A stretch of DNA of 64,000 nt, from the NCBI GenBank assembly GCA_050246315.1, contig JBFWWG010000004.1:128001-192000 (forward strand), written 5' to 3'. The notes beneath the pieces are model-generated. The model made no database searches. It saw only the letters and a program-made list of their open reading frames with translations, and was not told the origin of the DNA. Of the stretch, positions 38,211-47,484 are shown in pieces. How positions within the stretch are numbered: position 1 is the first letter of the stretch; each line of letters opens with the position of its first letter. The position numbers were made by a program, and so were the translations under genes. This DNA comes from Nitrospiraceae bacterium. GTDB taxonomy: Bacteria > Nitrospirota > Nitrospiria > Nitrospirales > Nitrospiraceae.

Positions 38211-39583
38211 CGACGTCCTCCTTCGGCACAAGAGACTTCCAGTGGTGACATATTGGGCTTGAAGTCCGAACCTGGCGGCCGGCGTTCTTGACCGCTCGTC
38301 CCTCCATCGGACAAGAACGAATCGCGTCGGTCACACCGACCGAATTCAGAGTGAGTCCCACAGAGCAGATCAGCCAGGCGTTCGGGTGTGGCCGACTGGA
38401 GGTCGTCCAATGCCCACTGGCCAGCCGTGAGGTAGGACACGGGCAACCGGCTCCGGCACAGAATTTCGAACAGCCGACCGAAACGCGTGGTTTCATCAAG
38501 TTTGGTGAACAACAGGCGGTGGACCGGAAGCCCTGTGTAGCGGCTGGCCACATCAAGAAAATCCTGGATGTCCGTATTGGCCGGCAAGGCCAGATGCACT
38601 TCAAGGGGAAGGACGTCCGAGAGCAATCCTCGCAGCCACTCCATGGCTTCCCAATTCAGCAGGCTGTGGCCGGGCGTGTCGATGAGCAGCAGTTCGGCAC
38701 CACCGTTGGTTGAAACCAGGTCGCTGAATTCCTGCTTCCCGCTCACCGTCTCGATCTTGAGGCCAAGGAAGCCTCCGAGGACTCTTAGCGGATCGACGCC
38801 GCCGGTCGGTTCCCGTTCGACCTTCGCAACCGCGACACTTCGTCCTTCTTTCAGCCGGTATTGGCCGGCAAGCTTGGTTATCGCGCTGGTTTTTCCCACT
38901 CCTGTTGGCCCGATCACGGCGATTGCCTTCAACCGTTTCTGTCCCGTAAACGGGGGCCCGCTCACGCGAACCTGATCCATCACCACGTCGCGCAGGGTCC
39001 GTCGCACGTGGACCTCGGCCGGCGAACCATGCGTGGCCGCGCGGGCGAACGCCTCGGCCACCAATCTTGTCGCCGTCCAGAGATCACAACCCCGAGTCAC
39101 CAGTTCCTGGCTTAACTGGAGAGTCAGTCGATCGACCTGCCCCGGTTCCCGATCACCATCGAGGGAAGGTCCAGCCTGCCGACCCGCCGAGTTCGGCGGG
39201 TCGCTCTCACCCGACTCACGATATCCCTCCGAACCGGCACGAGCCACCTCACTGGACTCTTGGGAATGTAGCCCCGCCCCATCTCGTCCCAACGAGGCCT
39301 CGAGCCATGACCGGAATGTCATGAAGTCGGCGGCCGCTCCGGTCGCATCGTCCTCGCCGGCGACTCCTGCACCGGCCTTGTTGATCTCAGCCGATACATC
39401 GCTCCGCGCGGTGCCGTCGACCGCCGCGACGACTTGCACTTGCTGCTTCCCGATCGGATGCCGCCAGTCCCATCCCGTCCGCGTGTACGTGGTGCTGAGA
39501 ATCACCGCATCCGGACCCAGTTCCGCTTTGATTGCCCGAAACGCCTCCGGGATACTGTCCGCGACGAAGGTCTTGAAATTCAT
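38195..39583 (-). CDS. flhF: SRP-type GTPase FlhF (divergent motif II)
   Basis: IKAELGPDAVILST, GPTGVGKT, DTPG and FTKLDET motifs. Confidence 0.92.
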   Translation of the reverse strand: MNFKTFVADSIPEAFRAIKAELGPDAVILSTTYTRTGWDWRHPIGKQQVQVVAAVDGTARSDVSAEINKAGAGVAGEDDATGAAADFMTFRSWLEASLGRDGAGLHSQESSEVARAGSEGYRESGESDPPNSAGRQAGPSLDGDREPGQVDRLTLQLSQELVTRGCDLWTATRLVAEAFARAATHGSPAEVHVRRTLRDVVMDQVRVSGPPFTGQKRLKAIAVIGPTGVGKTSAITKLAGQYRLKEGRSVAVAKVEREPTGGVDPLRVLGGFLGLKIETVSGKQEFSDLVSTNGGAELLLIDTPGHSLLNWEAMEWLRGLLSDVLPLEVHLALPANTDIQDFLDVASRYTGLPVHRLLFTKLDETTRFGRLFEILCRSRLPVSYLTAGQWALDDLQSATPERLADLLCGTHSEFGRCDRRDSFLSDGGTSGQERRPPGSDFKPNMSPLEVSCAEGGRRWTTP

Positions 39584-39596
39584 TCAGACTCGCCTC

Positions 39597-41693
39597 CTAG
39601 CCCGCATCTTCCGTCAAGCGCACGGTTTCGAACGCAATCACCTTGGTCATCCCGTCGATCTCTCCGATGGAAAGCACCGGCACGGAATGCAGGACCCGCT
39701 GCGTCAGCCGCCGCAGGTGTCGGCGCAGGCCTGGCGAACAGAGAACGATTGGCTGCTGACCTTTGGCGGCTACCCGTTCGGCCGCCTGCTTGAGCGCCGC
39801 CAGGAGGCGCTGGGTCAATCCCGGCTCAAGCCCCCAGGGGGCGCCCTGAGCGGCGGTCATGTGGTCGACGAGCGCCCGATCGAGCCGCGGATCAAGATTG
39901 ATGACCTGCAGCGACCCGTCTGGACCTGTGAATTGGTGCGTGATCATTCGCCCCAACGCCTGACGGACGCTTTCAGTCAGGGCGTCCGGATCTTTGGTCA
40001 TCGCCGCATGGTCGGCCACGACCTCAAGAATCGTCCGCAGGTCGCGGATCGGTACCTGCTCTTGAAGCAGATTCGCCAGAATCCGCACCAGCACTCCGAG
40101 CGGGACTTGAGCCGGCACCACCTCCTCGACGAGCTTCGGAGCTCCCTTGGCCAGTTCGTCCAGCAGCCCTTGCACCTCTTGCCGTCCCAACAGTTCATGG
40201 GCATGCCGCTTGATAATTTCGGAGAGATGTGTGGCAATGGCCGATCCGGCGTCCACCACCGTATAACCCGCAACCTGAGCCTGATCGCGCGAGGCTTCCG
40301 GCACCCACAAGGCCGGCAAGCCGAACGCCGGCTCCTTCGTAGGAATGCCCTGCACGATATGCTTCTGCGCGGTCCCGGGATCGATCGCGAGCAGATGGCC
40401 GGGTATGGCTTCGCTGCGGACCAGTTCGACCCCTTTCAGCAGCACCGCATATTCGTTGGGGCGAAGTTGCAGGTTGTCTCGAATGTGGATGGAGGGAACC
40501 AGAAAGCCGAGATCGGTGGCGATCTGACGGCGCAGGCCCTTAATGCGGTCGAGCAATGCGGCGCCGTCATGCCCGTCCACCAGGCCGATGAGCCCATAGC
40601 CGACCTGGAGTTCCATCAAGTCGAGCGGGGCGATGCGGGGCGAAAGGTCCTCCTGTTTGGCCGGCGCCGCCGGCTCGGCCTGGGTCGCCCGCTCCTCCCG
40701 CTCCTTCTTCACCATCTCATAGGCCACCCACCCGGCCACTGCCCCGAGCGTCAGAAACGCCACATGCGGGAGCCCAGGGACCAGACCTAATGCCATCAAA
40801 ATCCCGGAGGCGGCCGCAAGCGCCTTCGGTGAAACGAGCATCTGCTTGGTGATTTCCTCGCCCAAATTGGTATCCGTCGCAGCCCTGGTCACGACGATAC
40901 CGGCAGCGGTGGAGACAATCAGCGCCGGCACCTGCGCGACCAGGCCTTCCCCGATCGTAAGCAGCGTGTAATCCTGCGCGGCCGCGGCCAACGCCATCCC
41001 TTGCTGCAACACGCCGATCGTCAGCCCGCCCACAATGTTCACCAAGATGATGACCACCGCCGCAATCGCGTCGCCACGCACGAACTTGCTGGCGCCATCC
41101 ATGGCACCGTAGAAGTCCGCTTCCTCCGATACCTGGCGACGGCGGCGGCGGGCTTCCGTGTCGTTGATCAAGCCGGCGTTCAGGTCAGCGTCGATGCTCA
41201 TCTGTTTGCCCGGCATCGCGTCCAACGTGAACCGGGCGGCCACCTCGGCCACACGGCCCGCGCCTTTGGTCACGACGACAAAATTAATGACGACGAGAAT
41301 GGCAAAGACAACGAGACCGACCGTGTAGTTGCCGCCGACCACGAAATTGCCGAACGAACGAATGACTTCGCCGGCCGCCCCCGGACCCTCGTTGCCATGC
41401 AGAAGGATCAAGCGCGTCGAGGCGATATTGAGCGACAGACGAAACAAGGTCACCATGAGCAGGATTGATGGGAACACGGAAAATTCCAGCGGCCGCCGCA
41501 CCTGCATGCTGACCAACAGAACGGTGATCGACAGCGCGATGTTGAAGGCGAGCAGGAGATCCAGGATGACCCGCGGGAGCGGGAGCAACATGATCATCAG
41601 CACGCCCACGACACAGAGCGACATCAGCACGTCGGAGTGCCGCAGGAGTTGAAGGAGAGATTGATTCGGCGATTCTGCCATCACACGATCCAC
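39597..41693 (-). CDS. flhA: Export gate protein FlhA
   Basis: RVAEVAARFTLDAMPGKQMSIDADLNAG and FYGAMDGASKFVRGDAIA. Confidence 0.97.
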   Translation of the reverse strand: MDRVMAESPNQSLLQLLRHSDVLMSLCVVGVLMIMLLPLPRVILDLLLAFNIALSITVLLVSMQVRRPLEFSVFPSILLMVTLFRLSLNIASTRLILLHGNEGPGAAGEVIRSFGNFVVGGNYTVGLVVFAILVVINFVVVTKGAGRVAEVAARFTLDAMPGKQMSIDADLNAGLINDTEARRRRRQVSEEADFYGAMDGASKFVRGDAIAAVVIILVNIVGGLTIGVLQQGMALAAAAQDYTLLTIGEGLVAQVPALIVSTAAGIVVTRAATDTNLGEEITKQMLVSPKALAAASGILMALGLVPGLPHVAFLTLGAVAGWVAYEMVKKEREERATQAEPAAPAKQEDLSPRIAPLDLMELQVGYGLIGLVDGHDGAALLDRIKGLRRQIATDLGFLVPSIHIRDNLQLRPNEYAVLLKGVELVRSEAIPGHLLAIDPGTAQKHIVQGIPTKEPAFGLPALWVPEASRDQAQVAGYTVVDAGSAIATHLSEIIKRHAHELLGRQEVQGLLDELAKGAPKLVEEVVPAQVPLGVLVRILANLLQEQVPIRDLRTILEVVADHAAMTKDPDALTESVRQALGRMITHQFTGPDGSLQVINLDPRLDRALVDHMTAAQGAPWGLEPGLTQRLLAALKQAAERVAAKGQQPIVLCSPGLRRHLRRLTQRVLHSVPVLSIGEIDGMTKVIAFETVRLTEDAG

Positions 41694-41715
41694 TTCACGT
41701 GAGACTCAGCGCCCT

Positions 41716-42804
41716 TCAGGTGGGCGTCCCGACCCGCACGCCTCTGGCGCGGTAAACCATTGCCAGAATTTCCGCCACTGCGCGATAGAGATCGGCCGGG
41801 ATCTCGCCGCCGATTCTCACCAGCTTGTACAGACTGCGAGCGACAACCGGCTGTTCCACGATCATGATGCCGTTCTCCCGCGCCACCTCTCTGATCCGTT
41901 CCGCAAGCAACTCCGCCCCTTTCGCCACCACCACGGGCGCCTTCATCGCCTGGTGGTCATACCGCAGCGCCACCGCGATATGCGTCGGATTCGTCACCAC
42001 GACATCCGCCGTGGGCACAGCCGCCATCATCCGTTGTCGAGCCATCTGACGTTGGAGCGTTTTGACTCGCGAGCGGACCAACGGATCGCCTTCCGATTCG
42101 CGCGTCTCCTCCTTGACTTCCTGGCGTGTCATTCGCAGATTACGGTTCCATTCGAAGCGCTGATAGCCGTAATCCACGGCCGCCAGCACCGTCAGCGCAA
42201 GCCCGACCCAGAGGGAGACACTCAACAACAGCCACCCCGTGGCTCCCAGCAGATGATCGACGCCCCGTTGCACCCACAGCGGCAACGACTCCAGATCGGT
42301 ACGGATCGCGAGATATCCGGCGACCGCGACCACCACGACCTTAAGGCCCGCCTTGATCAACTCCACGATCGCGCGTAGCGAACATAACCGCTGCCATCCC
42401 GCAATCGGGCTGATCCGGCTGAGGTCGAGGCTGAACGCATCATGTTTCCAAAGCAGGCCGGTCTGGGCCATCGTCGCCCCTGTAGCCATGACGAGCACGC
42501 AAGCCAGCACCGGCAAGAGGAGGATCAAGGAATCCGTCCCCATTTTCAGCATCGCAGCCTGAAGCATGTCGGCGGTGGCGGCGGACCATGAGCGCGGATT
42601 GGCTGCCATCGCCCACCATTCGCGCAGAATGCGGATCAGCGCCTGAATAGTCGCTTCCGAAGTCAGAGACAGCACGCCCAAGGCCGCCATGAGCACCAGG
42701 GCCATCGAGAGATCCCGGCTGAACGGGACCTGCCCCTTGCGTCGGGCCTCGGCTTTGCGCCGCGCACTTGCCGGTTCCGTTCTTGCGCCCGCCTGTTCAG
42801 CCAT
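41716..42804 (-). CDS. flhB: Export switch protein FlhB
   Basis: TEPAS.RR...ARRKGQV, EGDP and the NPTH autocleavage site. Confidence 0.96.
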   Translation of the reverse strand: MAEQAGARTEPASARRKAEARRKGQVPFSRDLSMALVLMAALGVLSLTSEATIQALIRILREWWAMAANPRSWSAATADMLQAAMLKMGTDSLILLLPVLACVLVMATGATMAQTGLLWKHDAFSLDLSRISPIAGWQRLCSLRAIVELIKAGLKVVVVAVAGYLAIRTDLESLPLWVQRGVDHLLGATGWLLLSVSLWVGLALTVLAAVDYGYQRFEWNRNLRMTRQEVKEETRESEGDPLVRSRVKTLQRQMARQRMMAAVPTADVVVTNPTHIAVALRYDHQAMKAPVVVAKGAELLAERIREVARENGIMIVEQPVVARSLYKLVRIGGEIPADLYRAVAEILAMVYRARGVRVGTPT

Positions 42805-43579
42805 GCCCCATCGTCCTCATCAGGTCGAGGATGCCTTCGTGCAGCTTCAGGAATTCCTCTTCACAGAGGCTTGCGACCGCCGGCAGGGCCAGACCAAACA
42901 CGAACAGTCCGCAGAGGATCGTCAATGGGAAACTGAGCACGAACACGTTCAGTTGCGGCACGGTCCGTCCCAACAGGGCCAGCACCAAGTTGACCACCAA
43001 TGTCACCACCAGCACCGGCGCCGCCAGTTTGAGGGCAACGAGAAACCCTCCTTGGAAGAGCCGCATGACCTCGTCGCCCAGCGTGTCCGACAGACTCGCA
43101 CCGAACGGAGGAATCAGCCGGAAGCTCTCGCCGATCGCGTGGACGATCAGCACGTGCGCGTTCAGGGACAGAAATATCAGCGAGGCCAGCACCGTATTCA
43201 ACTGCCCCATGAGGGGGACCGTGTGAGAGGTGACGGGGTCAAAGAGCTGGACGATGCTGAATCCCATCTGGCTGCCGATCAGTTCTCCGGCCACTTCGAA
43301 ACTCGCAAAGAGGCTCCTAACGGCCAGGCCGATCACGAGACCGACTAGAAACTCTGCAATCAGACCGAGCAGGAACAGCGCCGTATCGGCAGGCCAGGTG
43401 GCCGGGCCGACGAAGGGCACCACCACCAACGCCAACGCGGTTGCCAACCCCGTCTTGAGCTGCATCGGCAATGATCGGCTGCCGAGCATCGGCATCGCCG
43501 CCAGGATCGCTCCGATACGGATCAGAACGACGACAAAGGTTTGAAAGTGCGGCAGCCCGAGCTGAATCGTCTGGGTCAT
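42797..43579 (-). CDS. fliR: Export gate protein FliR
   Basis: AGELIGSQMGFS...FDP and GRTVPQLNVF..FP. Confidence 0.95.
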   Translation of the reverse strand: MTQTIQLGLPHFQTFVVVLIRIGAILAAMPMLGSRSLPMQLKTGLATALALVVVPFVGPATWPADTALFLLGLIAEFLVGLVIGLAVRSLFASFEVAGELIGSQMGFSIVQLFDPVTSHTVPLMGQLNTVLASLIFLSLNAHVLIVHAIGESFRLIPPFGASLSDTLGDEVMRLFQGGFLVALKLAAPVLVVTLVVNLVLALLGRTVPQLNVFVLSFPLTILCGLFVFGLALPAVASLCEEEFLKLHEGILDLMRTMGHG

Positions 43580-43591
43580 CGAGGGAGGGTC

Positions 43592-43861
43592 CTAGCGTGC
43601 ATATTGCGGGATCGTGATGAGCAGTTGCATCATGAACCCGGTCAGGACTTGGATCATCCAGGGGAAGAACAGCATCGTCGCGAGAAAGACACCGAGGATC
43701 TTCGGCACAAATGAAAGCGTGGCTTCGTTGATCTGCGTCAGGGCCTGAAAGAGGCTCACCAACAACCCGATCGCGAGACTCATGCCCAACATGGGTGCCG
43801 CCACCAGTAGCGTCGTCTCCACAGCTCTGCGGCCGATCTCCACCACCATGTCCGGCGTCAT
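43592..43861 (-). CDS. fliQ: Export gate protein FliQ
   Basis: FQALTQINEATLSFVPK motif. Confidence 0.95.
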   Translation of the reverse strand: MTPDMVVEIGRRAVETTLLVAAPMLGMSLAIGLLVSLFQALTQINEATLSFVPKILGVFLATMLFFPWMIQVLTGFMMQLLITIPQYAR

Positions 43862-43900
43862 CGCTCCGTGCTCCTTTGCCTCACCGCGTCCATCGCTGCC

Positions 43901-43994
43901 CGTCATTCGTCACACGTCAAGCGTCATTCGCATGAAACGCTGCCGACCGTCTCCCCTGCGTTTCGGTTGTTGTAGGACCCTTGACGATTGACAG
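43901..43994. repeat. Intergenic heptamer repeat element (CGTCANN)n ... TTGACGATTGAC
   Basis: CGTCATT CGTCACA CGTCAAG CGTCATT at 43901-43928, with inverted units at 43981-43994. Confidence 0.65.
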
Positions 43995-44002
43995 CTCCAT
44001 CG

Positions 44003-44818
44003 CTACTGGAAACTCTTCACCATCGAGCCGACCACGAGGTACCAGCCGTCGGCCAGCACAAATAGAATCAACTTGAACGGTAGCGAAATCATGACCGGCG
44101 GCAACAGCATCATGCCCATCGACATCAAGACGCTCGCGACGACCATGTCGATGATGAGGAACGGGATATAGATCAAGAACCCGATCTGAAAGGAAATCCG
44201 AAGCTCGCTGAGCATGAAGGCCGGGAGGACCACTTGCATCGGCAACTCCGCCGAGGAGGACACGCGCGGCAATTTCGCCAGGTCGATGAACAGCTCGAGG
44301 TCCTTCTCTCGCACCTGGTTCAACATGAAGGTTCGGAGGGGGGCGGAGGCTTTGGTCCAGGCTTCCTCATAGCCGATCCGTTCGGCCATCAGCGGCTGCA
44401 CGGCATCCTCATAGACCGCCTTGCCTACCGGAGCCATAACGAACGAGGTGAGGAAGAGGGCCAGGCTGATGAGAACTTGATTCGGCGGCACCTGCTGGGT
44501 CCCCATGGCCTGTCGGAGGAAGGACAGGACGATCACAATGCGGGTGAACGACGTGGCCATGATGAACAGCGCGGGGACCAGCGACAGGATGGTCAGAAGG
44601 GCGAGGATCTGCAGTACCACGGCGATCTGGCTTTGTCCGCTTCGACCGAGATCGATGGTCAACGAAGGACCGTCTCCCGCCAGAGCAGAGGTCGATAGGC
44701 ACAGACCCACCAGCAACAGAACCGTGGTCGGCAGAGCCCTTTGACCGAACCGACCGAGCCGGGGAAAGCCCTCGGCTCCAAAATGACCATCCGCCGGCAG
44801 CCGGAGGGAGCGACTCAT
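44003..44818 (-). CDS. fliP: Export gate protein FliP
   Basis: TSFTRIVIVLS.LRQA.G.QQ.PPNQ and SLPFKL.LFVL.DGW. Start at ATG 44818. Confidence 0.95.
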   Translation of the reverse strand: MSRSLRLPADGHFGAEGFPRLGRFGQRALPTTVLLLVGLCLSTSALAGDGPSLTIDLGRSGQSQIAVVLQILALLTILSLVPALFIMATSFTRIVIVLSFLRQAMGTQQVPPNQVLISLALFLTSFVMAPVGKAVYEDAVQPLMAERIGYEEAWTKASAPLRTFMLNQVREKDLELFIDLAKLPRVSSSAELPMQVVLPAFMLSELRISFQIGFLIYIPFLIIDMVVASVLMSMGMMLLPPVMISLPFKLILFVLADGWYLVVGSMVKSFQ

Positions 44819-45153
44819 CTGTTCACCCTGGCATCGATCGTGACCGGCGATACAGCTTTGGCGGATGAAGCACCCGCTTCTGGTGCCCCCCCATGCGGCG
44901 GTCGCAAGGTGCCCAGGCACACCAGATTGGTGGCTGTAGTCCCGAGAATCAGTGTCTGATCCGCCACCGTCACCAGCATGATGCTCTTACGACCCCCAAG
45001 GTGTGCCGTCGCCAGCACCCGGATCGCAGGCGCGACCCCCGGCATCAAGGGTTTGCCCAACAGACGCCGGGCTCCCCACGCGACAGCCGCCATCAGACTC
45101 AAGACCACAGCCAGAGCGGTGATCATACGAATCAGGCTGTCGTAAAATTCCAC
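44815..45153 (-). CDS. fliO: FliO
   Basis: N-terminal TM helix followed by IRVL...LG.RK.I.LV.V....LILG.T. Confidence 0.88.
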   Translation of the reverse strand: MEFYDSLIRMITALAVVLSLMAAVAWGARRLLGKPLMPGVAPAIRVLATAHLGGRKSIMLVTVADQTLILGTTATNLVCLGTLRPPHGGAPEAGASSAKAVSPVTIDARVNR

Positions 45154-45198
45154 CGCGTCGTCATCCGTGCTGGAAGGTTGGGTACGCTGTGATCGGTA

Positions 45199-45570
45199 TT
45201 ATCCGAGCTTTTGCACACGTTCGACCGGGCTGACCACGTCGGTCAGACGGACGCCGAACTTTTCGTTGACCACGACCACTTCGCCGCGGGCCACCAAGCG
45301 ATGATTCACGAGCACCTCCAACGGCTCGCCCGCCAGCTTGTCCAACTCCACAACGGACCCCTGCCCCAACTGGAGGAGTTCCCGAATCACCATGCGGGTC
45401 GTGCCCAACTGCACCGACACCTGCATGGGGATATCCAACAACACATCCAGATTCTTTGCCCCTGCCAGCGGTTTTGCCTCTTGCGGTGGAATCGTCGCCG
45501 GTTGCCCAGCCGCCTCCGCCCCTGCTCCCGCTCCACCCATCGTCGCCTGACTGGATTCACTTCCATTCAT
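45199..45570 (-). CDS. fliN: C-ring protein FliN
   Basis: LLDIP..VSV.LG...LGQGSVVELDKLAGEPL...ARGEVVVV. Confidence 0.95.
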   Translation of the reverse strand: MNGSESSQATMGGAGAGAEAAGQPATIPPQEAKPLAGAKNLDVLLDIPMQVSVQLGTTRMVIRELLQLGQGSVVELDKLAGEPLEVLVNHRLVARGEVVVVNEKFGVRLTDVVSPVERVQKLG

Positions 45571-45595
45571 TCGCGCCTCCTCACCCCGCCGTCCT

Positions 45596-46564
45596 TCAGA
45601 TCGACTTGACGACCCGGTAGGCGTTGGCTCCCTTGACCACTCCCGCCGCGCCCAGCAGTTTCGGAATACCCTCGACGAATCCGGTCATCAAATCCCCCGG
45701 GCTTTGCTCCAGTAGGACGACGTCGCCTACCCCGAACTGCAAGACCTCCTTCATCGCCACCGAGGTGACGCCCAGTTGGATCGTCAACTCGACCGGACAA
45801 TCCAACAACTGTTCGCGGAATCGATTCATCCAGCTTTGATCCTCTTCCATCTGATCGGCAAAGAAGCCCGCCGACAGTTTTTCCTTGATCGGCTCGATCA
45901 TGGAATAGGGATACATCACCATGATCTTGTGTGAGATCCCCGCCAGATCGACATGGAACGAGACGGACACCACGATCTCCGGAATCGAGACGACCATCGC
46001 GAACTGGGGGTTGCTTTCGGAGCGGACGAAATGGACCTTGACTGGAAGAACGGCGTGCCACGCCTTTTCGAGGTCGGTGAGGAGCCGTTCGAGCATGGTC
46101 TTGATCACGCGCTGCTGAACCGGCGTAAAATCCCGTCCTTCCGTCTTCACGTGCGTCTGGCCGTGCCCACCGAACAAACTGTCGACCAGGGCATACACCA
46201 GCGGAGCGCCCATGATGACCAGGGCGTGGCCCCGAAGCGGCTTGAGTTGAAACAGGCTCAGCGACGCGGGCACCGGCAGCTTCTTCAGCATCTCCCCAAA
46301 CTTCATGATGTCGGTGGAGCCCATCGAGAATTCCACGGGACGCCTGAGCACGCCTGCCCATGACACGGTCTGCATTCGGCAAAATCGGTCGTTGATCATC
46401 TCGAACGTCGGCATCTTGCCGCGCACCATCCGCTCCTGCGCCGAGAGGTCCAACGTGCGAATGCCCCCGGTCTCTTCTTCCTTCGGTGTCGTGTCGACGT
46501 CCCCCGCGTCCATACCGCGGAGCAATGCATCAACTTCGTCCTGGCTCAGAATATTATCGGCCAT
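45596..46564 (-). CDS. fliM: C-ring protein FliM
   Basis: ILSQDEVDALL CheY-binding motif, GRDFT and SpoA-like C-terminus. Confidence 0.95.
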   Translation of the reverse strand: MADNILSQDEVDALLRGMDAGDVDTTPKEEETGGIRTLDLSAQERMVRGKMPTFEMINDRFCRMQTVSWAGVLRRPVEFSMGSTDIMKFGEMLKKLPVPASLSLFQLKPLRGHALVIMGAPLVYALVDSLFGGHGQTHVKTEGRDFTPVQQRVIKTMLERLLTDLEKAWHAVLPVKVHFVRSESNPQFAMVVSIPEIVVSVSFHVDLAGISHKIMVMYPYSMIEPIKEKLSAGFFADQMEEDQSWMNRFREQLLDCPVELTIQLGVTSVAMKEVLQFGVGDVVLLEQSPGDLMTGFVEGIPKLLGAAGVVKGANAYRVVKSI

Positions 46565-46628
46565 CCGAAATCACCCCTGATCAAGCAGGCAGACAGGCCT
46601 CCCACGTGGCGCCCCCCACTACCTCGGC

Positions 46629-47174
46629 CTACTGGACGATGAAATCCGTAAAATAGACGCCGCGGATGCCGCCCTTCGGCAGGAGCGCGTTCACCCGTTG
46701 CAGTATCTCCTCGCGCAGTTGGAGCTTGCCCTGGGTGCTGCGCACCGTCGCGGCCTCCTTGCTGGACAACAACACCAGGATCGCGTCCCTCGTCTGCGGC
46801 AGCCGTTTGTTGAGTTCTTCGGTCACGTCGGATCGCTCTAACTCGACCTTGACGGTCACCTTGAGATAGTGAATCTCCGGCGTATCGGCCAGGTTGACGA
46901 TGAAGGGGTCCAAGTCATAAATCGCGCCGACTTGGGACGTCGCTCCTGCTTCAGCCTTCGACCCGGCATCCTGTCCTTCCTTGTCCGTGGTCGACCTCTC
47001 CGACGCCCGTTCCTCGCTTTTCACCGATGGACCGCCTCCCTTCATGAAGTGAAACAGTAAAGCCGCCACGCCGAGTCCCAACAGCAACATGCCCACTGCG
47101 ATCAAGATGACCATTTTCATCGGCAGCCCCGGCGCAAGCGCCGGCGCTTTGGCTTCTTCTGCAACTTCCGCCAT
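46629..47174 (-). CDS. fliL: FliL
   Basis: TM helix, LDPFIVNLAD and VYFTDFIVQ. Start at ATG 47174, downstream of a sigma54 promoter. Confidence 0.93.
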   Translation of the reverse strand: MAEVAEEAKAPALAPGLPMKMVILIAVGMLLLGLGVAALLFHFMKGGGPSVKSEERASERSTTDKEGQDAGSKAEAGATSQVGAIYDLDPFIVNLADTPEIHYLKVTVKVELERSDVTEELNKRLPQTRDAILVLLSSKEAATVRSTQGKLQLREEILQRVNALLPKGGIRGVYFTDFIVQ

Positions 47175-47211
47175 AACAGTCCCCTTGGTGAAGTGATCGG
47201 GCCCGTGGTTT

Positions 47212-47227
47212 TGCAATGGATATGCCA
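47212..47227 (-). promoter_or_regulatory. sigma54 promoter for the fliL operon
   Basis: TGGCAT-ATCCA-TTGCA. Confidence 0.9.
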
Positions 47228-47351
47228 TGTCAACCCGACTCACGGTGTGGCCGGCAGCCTGGCCAAATGCGCGTCCTGTTGGGGTTTGCGCCGATCAGCG
47301 CGATGAGGACTCGTCCAGTGACGGTCTGGCGGCCAGCCAGGAGCTTGACAT

Positions 47352-47367
47352 CGTCAGAATTCTGACG
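47352..47367. promoter_or_regulatory. Candidate enhancer palindrome for the fliL sigma54 promoter
   Basis: CGTCAGAATTCTGACG, a perfect 16-bp palindrome (GTCA-N6-TGAC, FleQ-box-like), ~125 bp upstream of the -24 element. Confidence 0.55.
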
Positions 47368-47410
47368 CCCGTCGAGGATAAGTGGAAAAGAGGAAGAACG
47401 GTGCATCAAA

Positions 47411-47481
47411 CGTCAATCGTCAATCGTGATGCGCCCGGACCGGCCACATCACGATTGACGAATGACGGATGACGAATGACG
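47411..47481. repeat. Heptamer-built inverted repeat after flgE (possible terminator)
   Basis: CGTCAATCGTCAATCGTGATG (47411-47431) pairs with CATCACGATTGACGAATGACG (47447-47467) with one mismatch; two more NATGACG units follow. Confidence 0.75.
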
Positions 47482-47484
47482 AGC

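Noticed and set aside
43901..47481. Short repeats as a CRISPR array
   Set aside because: The units are 7 bp with no unique spacers, and there are no cas genes.
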